DNA of 64,000 nt from Candidatus Aenigmatarchaeota archaeon (lineage in GTDB: Archaea > Aenigmatarchaeota > Aenigmatarchaeia > Aenigmatarchaeales > JACQIB01), in assembly GCA_016198755.1 (NCBI GenBank), contig JACQIB010000002.1:1-64000 (forward strand), given 5' to 3'. This document shows positions 8,196-17,493 of the stretch, one piece after another. Positions within the stretch are counted from its first letter, which is position 1. Each line of letters opens with the position of its first letter. The notes under the pieces were generated by a model that had not been told where the DNA came from, made no database searches, and was given only the letters and a program-made list of their open reading frames with translations. Made by a program: the position numbers and the translations under genes.

Positions 8196-9920
8196 TTAAA
8201 AGCCTGTGTTTTTCGCGGAATTGCGCAGGTTTGCAGCGATTCCACGTTTAAACTCTCTAACCTCTGAGCTTGTTAACAAAGCCTCACCAACAGCTACTAT
8301 TCTCTTTCCATATTTAATGGAAATCTGTTCTCCTGCAAAGATTTTGTCTTTTGGTATAGCAAACTTGGAAATCAAATCCTTTCCGGCAGCAATTAACTCT
8401 GCAACTTCCTTATCCTTTACTGCATAGCTCTTTATTTTACCTTTTAACAGCTCTGCACCAGCAATTGTTGGTATAAAGAAGCCGTCTGAAGGGCGCATTG
8501 TACCTAACAGTTCTTTCCCTCTCCAAATCCTTCTTATCCTTCCAGTATTCCTCGAAACCTCTATTTCAGCTTTCTTAAATCGCTTATCAGAACCAGAACC
8601 AAACTGATAATTTAATGTTGCTGAAAGCACTTCATTTGGTTTTGTTTTTACTCTGGGCTCAGAAAACCCAGGTATAAGAGACTGGCCAAATGGATAAACT
8701 GTTTTAAGCCCTACTGGGATTTTTCCGAATGGAGGTTTAATGAAGGATTTTCCGCAAACTCTATGTAGCCAGTCCTGCGCTCTTAGTACCTCAGGTCTCC
8801 AGTCAGACTCTTCCCCAAGCCATTGAAAAGCTGATTTTTTGGAGACTGGCTCAAAATTTAACAGCCACTTTCCATGAGTTTTCAAAACAAACCTTAACGC
8901 TTCCAATAAAGCTGGATGAGCTCTGCAGCGCTGTTGAACCAGTTCCCAGAGCCATTTTCCACGTATTGCTTCCCTGACAGTTTTTATCTCAGCGAGTGTT
9001 ATATTCAAATTGTGTATAGTCAGCATATTTTCCAGCTCTTGTTTTTCAAGAGATTTTAGCTCTAAAGCTGTTATTCCTGAACAAACTTTGCAGGAACATG
9101 GCAATTCAGATAGTTCTGAGACCGGTAAAGTACCTGAAACTGTCAAAAAAGCTGAACGGCGCGCAGCTAAACTGTACATTGCTGAATCAAAAAGATCACA
9201 GCCAATTGCTGCTAAAAGAGAGAAAAGCATTGGATGACCAGCACCAAATGCATGAACAGGCTTTCCAACAGGAAGGTTTTGCTTGCAAGTTATTATAATG
9301 TCAGCTAGTTCTGCAAACCTATACTGTTCCATTAACGGAACTATTCCCCCTATAGCAAACAGGTCTGGCTGTTCTTTTACAGTAAGCTTACAGGAGAGCC
9401 TTCTCAAATCAGTAAATTTACCTCCCTGTATAGGGCCCACAAGAAACCTTTCTCCAACAAGACTTCTTGCTTTTCCAAGCCTTTCAGCTGTTTCCAGAAC
9501 CTTTTTCCTTGCTTCTGATTTTGTATCTGTTAAAAGCACAAACCTGTCAAGTGGTGTAATAATTTCTGAACCAAGCTCCATTTGGGTTTTTATAGAAAGC
9601 TCCTGTGTCCATTCAGAACTTTCTGTGCTATGTGAAAACTGCTGAAAAGTACCAGAATCCGTGTAAATCAATCCTGGCCACTTAAAGTAGTTGTGTAAAC
9701 CTCCGGAAGTTTTTATGTCTGAAATGGTCTGTGAATTCCTGTTTATTATGTAGGCATTTGTTATTAGCAGGTTTGGCTTTGCTCCTATAACATCATCTAT
9801 TTTCAGGGTTTTAATATTGGGATTTACAACAACAGCTATCTCTGGGGTTTTGATTTTCTTTTTTCCAACTGTGAGCGAGCATAGCCTGCCTGCTGCATCC
9901 CTGTCTAAAAGTTCTAGCAT
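8196..9920 (-). CDS. tgtA: Archaeosine tRNA-guanine(15) transglycosylase (arcTGT)
   Basis: YTDSGTFQ, GPIQGG, HAFGAGHP, DLFDSA, CSCKVC Zn site, C-terminal PUA-like region. Confidence 0.93.
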   Translation of the reverse strand: MLELLDRDAAGRLCSLTVGKKKIKTPEIAVVVNPNIKTLKIDDVIGAKPNLLITNAYIINRNSQTISDIKTSGGLHNYFKWPGLIYTDSGTFQQFSHSTESSEWTQELSIKTQMELGSEIITPLDRFVLLTDTKSEARKKVLETAERLGKARSLVGERFLVGPIQGGKFTDLRRLSCKLTVKEQPDLFAIGGIVPLMEQYRFAELADIIITCKQNLPVGKPVHAFGAGHPMLFSLLAAIGCDLFDSAMYSLAARRSAFLTVSGTLPVSELSELPCSCKVCSGITALELKSLEKQELENMLTIHNLNITLAEIKTVREAIRGKWLWELVQQRCRAHPALLEALRFVLKTHGKWLLNFEPVSKKSAFQWLGEESDWRPEVLRAQDWLHRVCGKSFIKPPFGKIPVGLKTVYPFGQSLIPGFSEPRVKTKPNEVLSATLNYQFGSGSDKRFKKAEIEVSRNTGRIRRIWRGKELLGTMRPSDGFFIPTIAGAELLKGKIKSYAVKDKEVAELIAAGKDLISKFAIPKDKIFAGEQISIKYGKRIVAVGEALLTSSEVREFKRGIAANLRNSAKNTGF

Positions 9921-9969
9921 CCCTAATCTTTACACTAGTTATTTAAAGAATGCGCTGTTAAGGGGGGAG

Positions 9970-11244
9970 ATGGAGGAACTTGTTATTGTACTTCCAAGCG
10001 GGAAGTGTGAATGGGGAGGCTGTGTATTTTGCGGCTGGGGTAGGATGAAAGCCAAACAAAAAACCATAAGGGAGCTTAAAGAGTTTTTTGATAGCAAATT
10101 AAAGGGTTTAAAAGCGGGGGAACTGGAGAGGTTAAAAGTTTTCTGCTCTGGCTGTTTTTTAGATCCTAAGCAGGTTGTGCCTGCTTTCCGCAGTTATCTT
10201 GTAAGAAAGTGCGAACAGCTGTGTATAAAGAGCCTTATCGTAGAGAGTTTTCCTAAGTTTATAACAGATGAGAACCTGGAAAACATGAGAAGCAATAAAG
10301 TAAAGATTTTAGCTGGTATCGGGCTGGAAGTTGCTGATGATGCAGCGCTGAAAAGAATAAATAAGGGGTTTACTTTAGAGGAGTTTGAAAAGGCTTCAGA
10401 AGTCTGCAAACGAAATGGCTGGGGTATAAGGGCGTATTTGCTCGTTAACTGTCCTGGAGCTGAGAATCTCCTGAAAAAGAGTGTGGAATACGCGAAAAAG
10501 TGGTCGGAAGAGGTTATATTGATTAACTGCCTGCCGCATTATGCTGCTCCAATAATGCAGTTTTATGTGACTGGAAAGTGGAAACCATTTAATGAAAAGG
10601 AGTTTATAGAAGCCACGAAAGAATTTGATGTAGAAAAGGATTTTCAAAATTTTTCATTCCGCCCTATGTTTCCGGATTTTATGAGAGAAAAGATACGCGG
10701 AGCCGGAGAAAAACAACTTTTGCATCCGCATTTCAGAATTTGGCAGGAATTTTTCAGGGATTTCTATAAACCTAAAAAAGATAAGGATATTTTGCTTTTT
10801 GTACCATGCTCTTTCAGGAAACCTTACACTGCTTCACATTTACATAAAGCAATTGATCCGGTTTTAACTGAAAATATACAGAGAGTTGTTGTAAGTACGC
10901 CCGGTGTGGTTCCGATAGAATACTGTAATGATTACCCGTTTAACAGTTATGATTGGCCTGAATGGGAAGAAACAAAGGAAATAAAGCAAAAGTATATTGA
11001 CGTTACTGAAAAGAGAGTTGAAGATTTCCTTCGGGCCCATGCTGCACATTATAAAAAAATACTTTGTTACTTAAAGCCTGACACTGAAAGTTTCAAAGCT
11101 GTTATGCTGGCAGCTGAAAAGCTGGGAATTAAGGTTGAAAGCTGCATTAGGGAAGAAGTTTATGAGAGTTTTAAGGATGAAAAGAACCCTCTTGCACACC
11201 CTTTGGCTGTGAAAGAACTTGAAAGGGTTGTTAAGAAGCTTTAG
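9970..11244 (+). CDS. Radical SAM (RaSEA/TIGR01210-like) domain fused to an ArcS-type (DUF5591-like) domain
   Basis: CEWGGCVFC cluster motif and GLEVADD...RINKG in the N-half; LLFVPCSFRKPYTASHLH and PFNSYDW in the C-half; divergent from arcTGT. Confidence 0.8.
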   Translation: MEELVIVLPSGKCEWGGCVFCGWGRMKAKQKTIRELKEFFDSKLKGLKAGELERLKVFCSGCFLDPKQVVPAFRSYLVRKCEQLCIKSLIVESFPKFITDENLENMRSNKVKILAGIGLEVADDAALKRINKGFTLEEFEKASEVCKRNGWGIRAYLLVNCPGAENLLKKSVEYAKKWSEEVILINCLPHYAAPIMQFYVTGKWKPFNEKEFIEATKEFDVEKDFQNFSFRPMFPDFMREKIRGAGEKQLLHPHFRIWQEFFRDFYKPKKDKDILLFVPCSFRKPYTASHLHKAIDPVLTENIQRVVVSTPGVVPIEYCNDYPFNSYDWPEWEETKEIKQKYIDVTEKRVEDFLRAHAAHYKKILCYLKPDTESFKAVMLAAEKLGIKVESCIREEVYESFKDEKNPLAHPLAVKELERVVKKL

Positions 11245-12592
11245 CAACAACATCCATGTTATCGAATTTTATATAGGGAAGAACAGCTGCTTCTGTAAGA
11301 CCTGTTGGAAACGGACTTGAAATAAATGTTTCCTTTGAGATTCCTGTTATCTTTTTTATAGCTTCGTATACAGAACCCACAACATTTCCCCATCTTACTG
11401 GTTCTGCAAGCTCGCCGTTCTTTATAGCAAAAGCATTGCGAATTTCCAGAGAAAATACTCCATTAGCAGAAGAACCGCGTGGCCATGCAACCTTTTCCAA
11501 GAGCAGTCCTTTCTTTGTTTCTGCTATTATTTTCTCCAGTGGAAGCTTGCCTGCTTGTACAACAATATTTGTATTTGTAACTGTGGGATTGAAAATAAAG
11601 TATTCGTCATAAGAAATTCCGCCGCGGCGGCCATTGCCTGTTGTTTTTTTGCCTGCTTTTGCACCGTATTTGCTGTCGAAAATAAAGTTTTTTAGTATTC
11701 CATTTTGTATAAGTGGGGTTTTTTGTGATGCTGTGCCTTCCTGATCTATACCGGTTGTTGCAACCCCAGCAGGATATGTTCCGTCATCGTATAGTGTAAA
11801 CTCCTTGGAAGCAACCTGCTTTCCTAGCTTGTCAAAATATGGTGTAGCTTTCATAAGAACAGTATTTCCTGACAGAGCTTCGCCCAGAGTTGTTGCAAAG
11901 AGTTCTGCCATTACCTTAGGGGAAATAATGACAGGATACTTTCCAACATCCACGGTTTTTGGATTTAGAGAACTTTGTATAAAGTTAATGGATTCGTTGG
12001 CTATTTTCTCTGGAGAGAATTGGGACAGCATTCTGAAACGTTCCATTGGTTCATATTCTATTATTCTTCCTTCATGTTTTTTAACAAGATTGGAATAGAA
12101 AAGTACGAATGTTCCATTCTCTGTCTTTTCAAGCCCTGTGCTGTTAGATACAGTATAAGAGAATGAAGTAAATTTCAGCCTGCCAAATGCTATATCAACT
12201 CCTTTCTCCTTCAACGCAGAAGTAAACCTCTTTGCTATTTCCAGCGCTTCTGGTTCTGAGATTTCAGCTATTTTGGGGTCAAAGGTATTTTTTACAGGTG
12301 TAGAACCTTTTTTGGAGGGAAAGGAAAATCCTTTTGGAATATCATCTCCAAATTTTGAGACTTTGGAAGCTGTCTCTATTACAGAATTTATTCCGTTATC
12401 TGAAAAATCATTCCCATAGGAAAAACCAAACTTTCCGTCTTTTACAACCCTTACAGCAAATCCTGATGTCTCCCCCCGCAGAATATTTGTTACTTTGTCT
12501 TTTTCTATGAAAAGATTAAGGTTTTTTGTGGTTGAAAGGAAGGTTTCCGCTGAGTCTGTTTTTCCTATTGCCAGTTTCAGAATTTTGTCCAC
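11231..12592 (-). CDS. pmbA: TldE/PmbA family protein
   Basis: TldD/PmbA fold motifs (DQEGT...LIQNGILKNF...TGNG); lacks HExxxH; follows tldD. Confidence 0.9.
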   Translation of the reverse strand: MDKILKLAIGKTDSAETFLSTTKNLNLFIEKDKVTNILRGETSGFAVRVVKDGKFGFSYGNDFSDNGINSVIETASKVSKFGDDIPKGFSFPSKKGSTPVKNTFDPKIAEISEPEALEIAKRFTSALKEKGVDIAFGRLKFTSFSYTVSNSTGLEKTENGTFVLFYSNLVKKHEGRIIEYEPMERFRMLSQFSPEKIANESINFIQSSLNPKTVDVGKYPVIISPKVMAELFATTLGEALSGNTVLMKATPYFDKLGKQVASKEFTLYDDGTYPAGVATTGIDQEGTASQKTPLIQNGILKNFIFDSKYGAKAGKKTTGNGRRGGISYDEYFIFNPTVTNTNIVVQAGKLPLEKIIAETKKGLLLEKVAWPRGSSANGVFSLEIRNAFAIKNGELAEPVRWGNVVGSVYEAIKKITGISKETFISSPFPTGLTEAAVLPYIKFDNMDVVAKAS

Positions 12593-13963
12593 TTAATCTC
12601 CCCCAACCAAAATCTTATCTATTCTCAAATGCGGACCCCCTGTTCCTGAAGGCACCCAATCCTCATGTCCCTTTCCGCATGCACCGGGGCTTGTTTCAAA
12701 ATCATTTGAAACTCCGGAAACAAGCTTTAGTATTTCAAGAACCTGAGAACCTGAAAGTACAATCTCGCCGCGTATTGGCTTTGTCAGTTCCCCATTCTCT
12801 ATCCAATAACCCATTGCACCGGAGACATAGAAACCTCCGCCTGCAGGATCTTCCATACCGCAGACATTTTTTATTATATACACTCCTTTTTTAATTCCCT
12901 CAAAAAGCTCTTCTGTTTTCATTTTACCTGGCTCAAAGAAAATGTTTGACATGCGCACGAAAACTTTCTTTCCAAACCCCTGCATTCTTCCATTTCCTGT
13001 TGATTCTGTTCCAAAGCGCAGAGCTGTTTCAACACTGTGCAAATGGCTTGAAAGTACTCCATCTTTAACCAAACCTGTTCTCTTTGCTAATGTTCCGTCA
13101 TGATCAAAAAAGTAAAAGCCTGAACTGGGAATTGTTGGTGTATCTGTTATGCTCACGAGAGGAGAAGCTATCTTTTCCCCTAATCTTCCGGCTAAAAATG
13201 AACGGCCATTTATTACAAAATCAGCTTCTGATGGGTGACCTATGCTCTCATGTGCTAACACACCGGCAAATGTTCCATCCAAAACAACTGGATAGTTTCC
13301 TTTTGGTGAAGCGCCTGCAGAGAGCTGTTCTATAGTCTTTTCCACGATATTGTCTGAAAATTCACCTATAGCATTCTTTGTTACTTCATATCCAACAGCT
13401 CCTCCTAGGCTGTCGTAAAAATCAACCATATTGTTCCCTTTTTTAGCAATTGTAAAAAGAAGTATTCTTGCCCGTTTCAGTGATTGTTCCATGTAACTGC
13501 CATTGGAATCAGCATAAACATGTTTTGTTGTGCCGTCTGAATAGCCTGCACGTATAGAAAGTATTTTCTTGTTTTTTGCTGCCGAAAACAGTTCGTTTAC
13601 AAAACCAACCTTTTCCTCAACTGAAACAGAATCCGGATCTGTTTTAATTGGGGTTGTAAATGTTTTTTTCAGTGATGGACGCTCAGGAAAAGATAGATTT
13701 CCTTTCTGGGAATTTGCTGCTTTCAGTGCGTTTGAAAGAGCTGTTAGAAGGTCTTTTTTCTCGAATGAATTTGTAAAACCGTATCCTATGCTTCCGTTTG
13801 CAAAAACCCTGAGAGAAACTCCTGAAAGAGAGTTCTGTTCAACTGTTTTGTCTATATTTGTTTTTGAAACAGATGTAGATTTGTTATTGAATATATTGGC
13901 ATCTGCGAATGTGGCTCCCTTATCCAAAGACAGTTGTAAGACTTTGAAAAGCAGGTCTTCCAT
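12593..13963 (-). CDS. tldD: TldD metalloprotease
   Basis: AHESIGHPSEAD metal motif; GACGKG...GGPHLRI C-terminus. Confidence 0.93.
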   Translation of the reverse strand: MEDLLFKVLQLSLDKGATFADANIFNNKSTSVSKTNIDKTVEQNSLSGVSLRVFANGSIGYGFTNSFEKKDLLTALSNALKAANSQKGNLSFPERPSLKKTFTTPIKTDPDSVSVEEKVGFVNELFSAAKNKKILSIRAGYSDGTTKHVYADSNGSYMEQSLKRARILLFTIAKKGNNMVDFYDSLGGAVGYEVTKNAIGEFSDNIVEKTIEQLSAGASPKGNYPVVLDGTFAGVLAHESIGHPSEADFVINGRSFLAGRLGEKIASPLVSITDTPTIPSSGFYFFDHDGTLAKRTGLVKDGVLSSHLHSVETALRFGTESTGNGRMQGFGKKVFVRMSNIFFEPGKMKTEELFEGIKKGVYIIKNVCGMEDPAGGGFYVSGAMGYWIENGELTKPIRGEIVLSGSQVLEILKLVSGVSNDFETSPGACGKGHEDWVPSGTGGPHLRIDKILVGGD

Positions 13964-13994
13964 CCTCTTAGGCTGGATCCTGAACTTAAAAAGC

Positions 13995-15200
13995 CTATTC
14001 CTGCAGGTCTTTTGTAAGCAAAACGCTCATAGACTCAGGAACTGACAATCTTGGCGCTGAACGCATGCCTATTATCCATTTTACCCCATGCTGGCTTGAA
14101 AAGCTCAGCAGTTTTTGATCAATTTCGCCGTCAAAAATCAGGGTTTCTGGCTTTATGTCTCTCATAGCATTGAACATTTCGCGCACAGGAACTTTTCCAA
14201 GCACGTTTCCTTCGGAATCCAATAGACATGCAGCACGTGTACCTGTTATTTCATTTACTATTTCCCTGAAAAATGCTGCTTTGTCTGGCTCTATAGATAC
14301 CTTTGGAAGCTGTGCTGGTTCTTGCCTTTCTATGTGTTCCGGGCGTTCAGTGTGCTCAACGCGCCTTTCACGTTTTTCAGCTGAAATTTCTTTTGCCTGA
14401 TTAAGCGGAACGCGTTCGCGCAGGGCTTTGAAAATCTCTTTCTTTGTTAATTCCTCTACTTCCTTTTCCTCAGGAGCGCGTGCTACAAAATCAACTTCTG
14501 CAACAGCTGTCAACTCCCTTAGTATAAGATCCCCACCCCTGTCTCCATCGAGGAATGCTGTTATTTCTTTTTCTTTTGCTAAATCAGCTACTTGTGGAGG
14601 TACAGATGTTCCCTCTATTGCAACCACGTTCTTTATTCCGCATCTTAATAGGTTGACAACATCTGCCCTGCCCTCTACAATGACAACATTGTCTGACTGG
14701 TTTACTGCTGGACCAGCCGGCAGACCTCTCCACTGAACAACTTCAGCAGACCGTATTGATTCCTTTATTTGATCTGTCATCTCTTGGGTTTCCATTGTGT
14801 CCTGGAACATTTTACCTAAGAGCTCTTTTGCACGCTCAATAACATATTTCCTCTTGGAAGCCCTTACATCTTCTATATTTTCTACTATAATTTTGGCGTT
14901 GCATGGACCAACTCTTTCTATGGTTTCTATGCAGGCTGCTATCAGGGCTGTTTCAGAACTATCAAGAGATGAAGGAATCGATATCTCACCTGATGCTTTG
15001 CCTGTTTTCATAACAAGCTCTACATCAATTCTTCCTATCCTCCCTGTTTTCTGAAGCTCCCTTAAATCCATATCCTGCCCTAACAACCCTTCAGTCTGTC
15101 CAAATAGAGCTCCAATAACGTCTGGTTTTTCTACTGTTCCCTCTGAATTGAATTTTGCTATTATTGTGTATTTTGAAGTTGACTGAGCTAGTTTTCCCAT
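13995..15200 (-). CDS. dnaG: Archaeal DnaG (TOPRIM; exosome-associated)
   Basis: VEKPDVIGALFGQTEGLLG, VVIVEGRADV, FLDGDRGG. Confidence 0.96.
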   Translation of the reverse strand: MGKLAQSTSKYTIIAKFNSEGTVEKPDVIGALFGQTEGLLGQDMDLRELQKTGRIGRIDVELVMKTGKASGEISIPSSLDSSETALIAACIETIERVGPCNAKIIVENIEDVRASKRKYVIERAKELLGKMFQDTMETQEMTDQIKESIRSAEVVQWRGLPAGPAVNQSDNVVIVEGRADVVNLLRCGIKNVVAIEGTSVPPQVADLAKEKEITAFLDGDRGGDLILRELTAVAEVDFVARAPEEKEVEELTKKEIFKALRERVPLNQAKEISAEKRERRVEHTERPEHIERQEPAQLPKVSIEPDKAAFFREIVNEITGTRAACLLDSEGNVLGKVPVREMFNAMRDIKPETLIFDGEIDQKLLSFSSQHGVKWIIGMRSAPRLSVPESMSVLLTKDLQE

Positions 15201-15236
15201 TATTATAACCTCCTTTTTGTATATTTTTATTTTATA

Positions 15237-15377
15237 GAAAAAGACTTACTACAGCTGGTATTCCTGAACTAAAGTGCTGTTAAATCAGCACATTTTCCAT
15301 TGCATACCCGTGTGAAACTTAATGAGCATGATGCTGTTTTCCCGAACTCCGGAACATACAGCTAGCAAGTCCTTTTC
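15237..15377 (-). ncRNA. Candidate structured RNA (dnaG leader or stand-alone sRNA), family unknown
   Basis: Long closing stem plus two internal hairpins; several mismatches resolve as G-U only on the minus strand; TATA-like CTTTAAAAAG ~25 nt upstream. Confidence 0.55.
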
Positions 15378-15426
15378 CTTTCCTATAGTTGCAAAGCAAC
15401 CTTTTTAAAGCTTCTGTCTCTGTGAA

Positions 15427-15978
15427 TCAAACACCAGAAGCTTCTTCCACACAAGTAGTACATACCCACTGATCGTTCACGTTCTTTAGCTCTTCTGAGA
15501 AATTGTTGCAAAGTTCGCACTCGCCTTGGGTTGGATTTTCTGAGAGATTTGAAGAATCATCCTTCATTAGCAGGCGCTCGCGCAGGATTTCTATAAGTGT
15601 TGGTGCAACTTTTAAAACTTCCCTGTCAGAAATAAGACCTACCAGCTTACCCATGGAAACCACTGGCAAACGCTCAAATCCATGCTTAACCATTGTGCGG
15701 GCTGCTGTTGACAGGTCTTCATCTGGGCTGCACATAACAACAGGAAAACTCATTATGTCCTTTAGTTTTATGGAAGATGGAAGTTTGTTTAGTGCTGTTA
15801 TTTTATTTACGATATCCTCTCTTGTTACAATTCCAACCGGTTTTTTGCTTTCCATAATAACAAGCATACCAACATCTTCTTCCTTCATTATTTTAGATCC
15901 CTGTTCAGCAGAATCAGACTGGTTTGCGGTTGCAACGCGGGAAATCATTGCATCCTTGACTTTGATGCCGGTTACCAT
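15427..15978 (-). CDS. CBS-pair protein with C-terminal Zn ribbon
   Basis: Two CBS repeats (VGIVTREDI, LVGLISDREV); CELC...CTTC. Confidence 0.9.
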   Translation of the reverse strand: MVTGIKVKDAMISRVATANQSDSAEQGSKIMKEEDVGMLVIMESKKPVGIVTREDIVNKITALNKLPSSIKLKDIMSFPVVMCSPDEDLSTAARTMVKHGFERLPVVSMGKLVGLISDREVLKVAPTLIEILRERLLMKDDSSNLSENPTQGECELCNNFSEELKNVNDQWVCTTCVEEASGV

Positions 15979-16020
15979 GTTTAAGTATTGGTGTGTAGAG
16001 TATAAATTGATTGCTGGAGA

Positions 16021-16734
16021 ATGAGACTTATGGGAGAAAATGTGGGATTTTTAAGAAAACTGTACAGGAAACTGCTTTATAGTGATTTGGACAAGGTTTA
16101 TAAGAGTTTTTTCTCTGCTGAGCAGAAACCTAAAAATAGAATGAAATTTTTAGATGTTGGTGCTGGTTTTGGGTTTGAAGTTATTAAACGCGGAAGAGAA
16201 GGATATTTTTCCGTTGGACTTGAATTTTTGCAGGAAAGAGCAGTAAAAACGTTGGGGGAATTCAGAAAAAGAAATGCAAATGGATTTGTTATTGTTGGGG
16301 ATGCACAGGATCTGCCTTTTAGGGAAGGGGTGTTTGATTTGATAAACTGCAACCATGTTATAGAACATGTTCCTGAAGATAGCAGAACTTTAGGTGAATT
16401 GAGCAGGGTTTTAAACAAAAAGGGGAAGCTTTTGTTAGCTGTTCCAAACGTAAAAAACCTTTATACTGCTTTTAGGAGCTTTTTGGGATTGAAAAACAGG
16501 TTCACAGATTCTACACACCTCAGAGAATATGAAGAAAATGAGTTAAGAAGGCTTATAGAGACAGCTGGGTTCAAGATTGAGGATTTGAAAAGAGTTGGTT
16601 TTAATCCTCCTATAGGGCTTAAGGTTGAGCTTTTGCTTGCACACTATATGCCAATAGATAAGGCGTTAAACAGCTTTGTTAGAATTTTCCCTAAAAGAGC
16701 TGCTGAATTCAGGGTTAAAGCCGGACATCGTTAA
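16021..16734 (+). CDS. Class I SAM-dependent methyltransferase
   Basis: FLDVGAGFG; LPFREGVFDLINCNHVIEHV. Confidence 0.87.
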   Translation: MRLMGENVGFLRKLYRKLLYSDLDKVYKSFFSAEQKPKNRMKFLDVGAGFGFEVIKRGREGYFSVGLEFLQERAVKTLGEFRKRNANGFVIVGDAQDLPFREGVFDLINCNHVIEHVPEDSRTLGELSRVLNKKGKLLLAVPNVKNLYTAFRSFLGLKNRFTDSTHLREYEENELRRLIETAGFKIEDLKRVGFNPPIGLKVELLLAHYMPIDKALNSFVRIFPKRAAEFRVKAGHR

Positions 16735-16755
16735 ATATATAAATGCAGTACGACA

Positions 16756-17493
16756 ATGTGGTGGATGATTGAGGTTGAGACTTTAGCTAAGGAAAGTGTT
16801 GGTAAAAGGATAGCAGGAGAGATTGTTCTAAGTCCGGATGCTGGTAAAACCATACAAAAATGGAGAAATATGTTTAAAATACCTCAAAGAATGTTAGCTG
16901 AAGAGATGAAGGTAATGCCTTCTGTTATTAGTGATTATGAAAACAGTAGGAGAAAAAGCCCTGGGATAAAGGTAATAAAGAGGATTGTGGATGCACTTAT
17001 CTCTATAGATGAGAAGAATGGGGGAAAGATTATAAAGGAGTTTTCAGAATTCCCTGCTAGGGCTGTGTTATCAGAAGCTGTAATAGATTTGAAGGAATTT
17101 TCATCTACAATGACAGTAAAGGAGTTTTGCAAGTCTATTGGAGCAAATGTTGTTGCAAGATCTGATTTAGCTGAAGGGAAAATACATGGTTATACGGTTA
17201 TTAACAGTATGAAGGCTATTATTGAGCTTCCTCCAACAGAACTTGTTAAATTGTATGGATTAACCAGTGAAAGAGCTCTGATCTTTACTGGAGCACATAG
17301 AGGAAGGAGTAGTATGGTGGCTTTGAAGGTTACAAACTTAAGGCCTGGAGTTGTTGTTTTACATGGTGTTAGTGGAGATGGGGTTGATGAACTTGCAAAA
17401 AGAATTGCAGAAATTGAAGGAATTCCATTGGCTTCTATAAAAGGTGGGGATTTAGACGAACTCATAAAGTCATTAAAATCTATATCTGCTTAG
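16756..17493 (+). CDS. XRE-type HTH transcription regulator (COG1709-like)
   Basis: IAGEIVLS...KWRNMF...SVISDYENSRRKSPG; GRSSMVALKV; start uncertain. Confidence 0.85.
   Translation: MWWMIEVETLAKESVGKRIAGEIVLSPDAGKTIQKWRNMFKIPQRMLAEEMKVMPSVISDYENSRRKSPGIKVIKRIVDALISIDEKNGGKIIKEFSEFPARAVLSEAVIDLKEFSSTMTVKEFCKSIGANVVARSDLAEGKIHGYTVINSMKAIIELPPTELVKLYGLTSERALIFTGAHRGRSSMVALKVTNLRPGVVVLHGVSGDGVDELAKRIAEIEGIPLASIKGGDLDELIKSLKSISA

Noticed and set aside
9817-9969. N-terminal extension of the 475-aa ORF overlapping arcTGT
   Set aside because: Antisense to the arcTGT start; ATG at 9970 with a purine-rich leader is the plausible start
15339-15354. TTCCCGAACTCCGGAA resembling a 5S rRNA loop; also SRP or RNase P RNA considered
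   Set aside because: Remaining 5S, SRP and RNase P conserved motifs are missing or in the wrong order; pairing favours the opposite strand
15503-16024. 173-aa + strand ORF and the many other antisense ORFs in the track
   Set aside because: They are shadows of well-supported genes on the opposite strand and have no recognisable motifs
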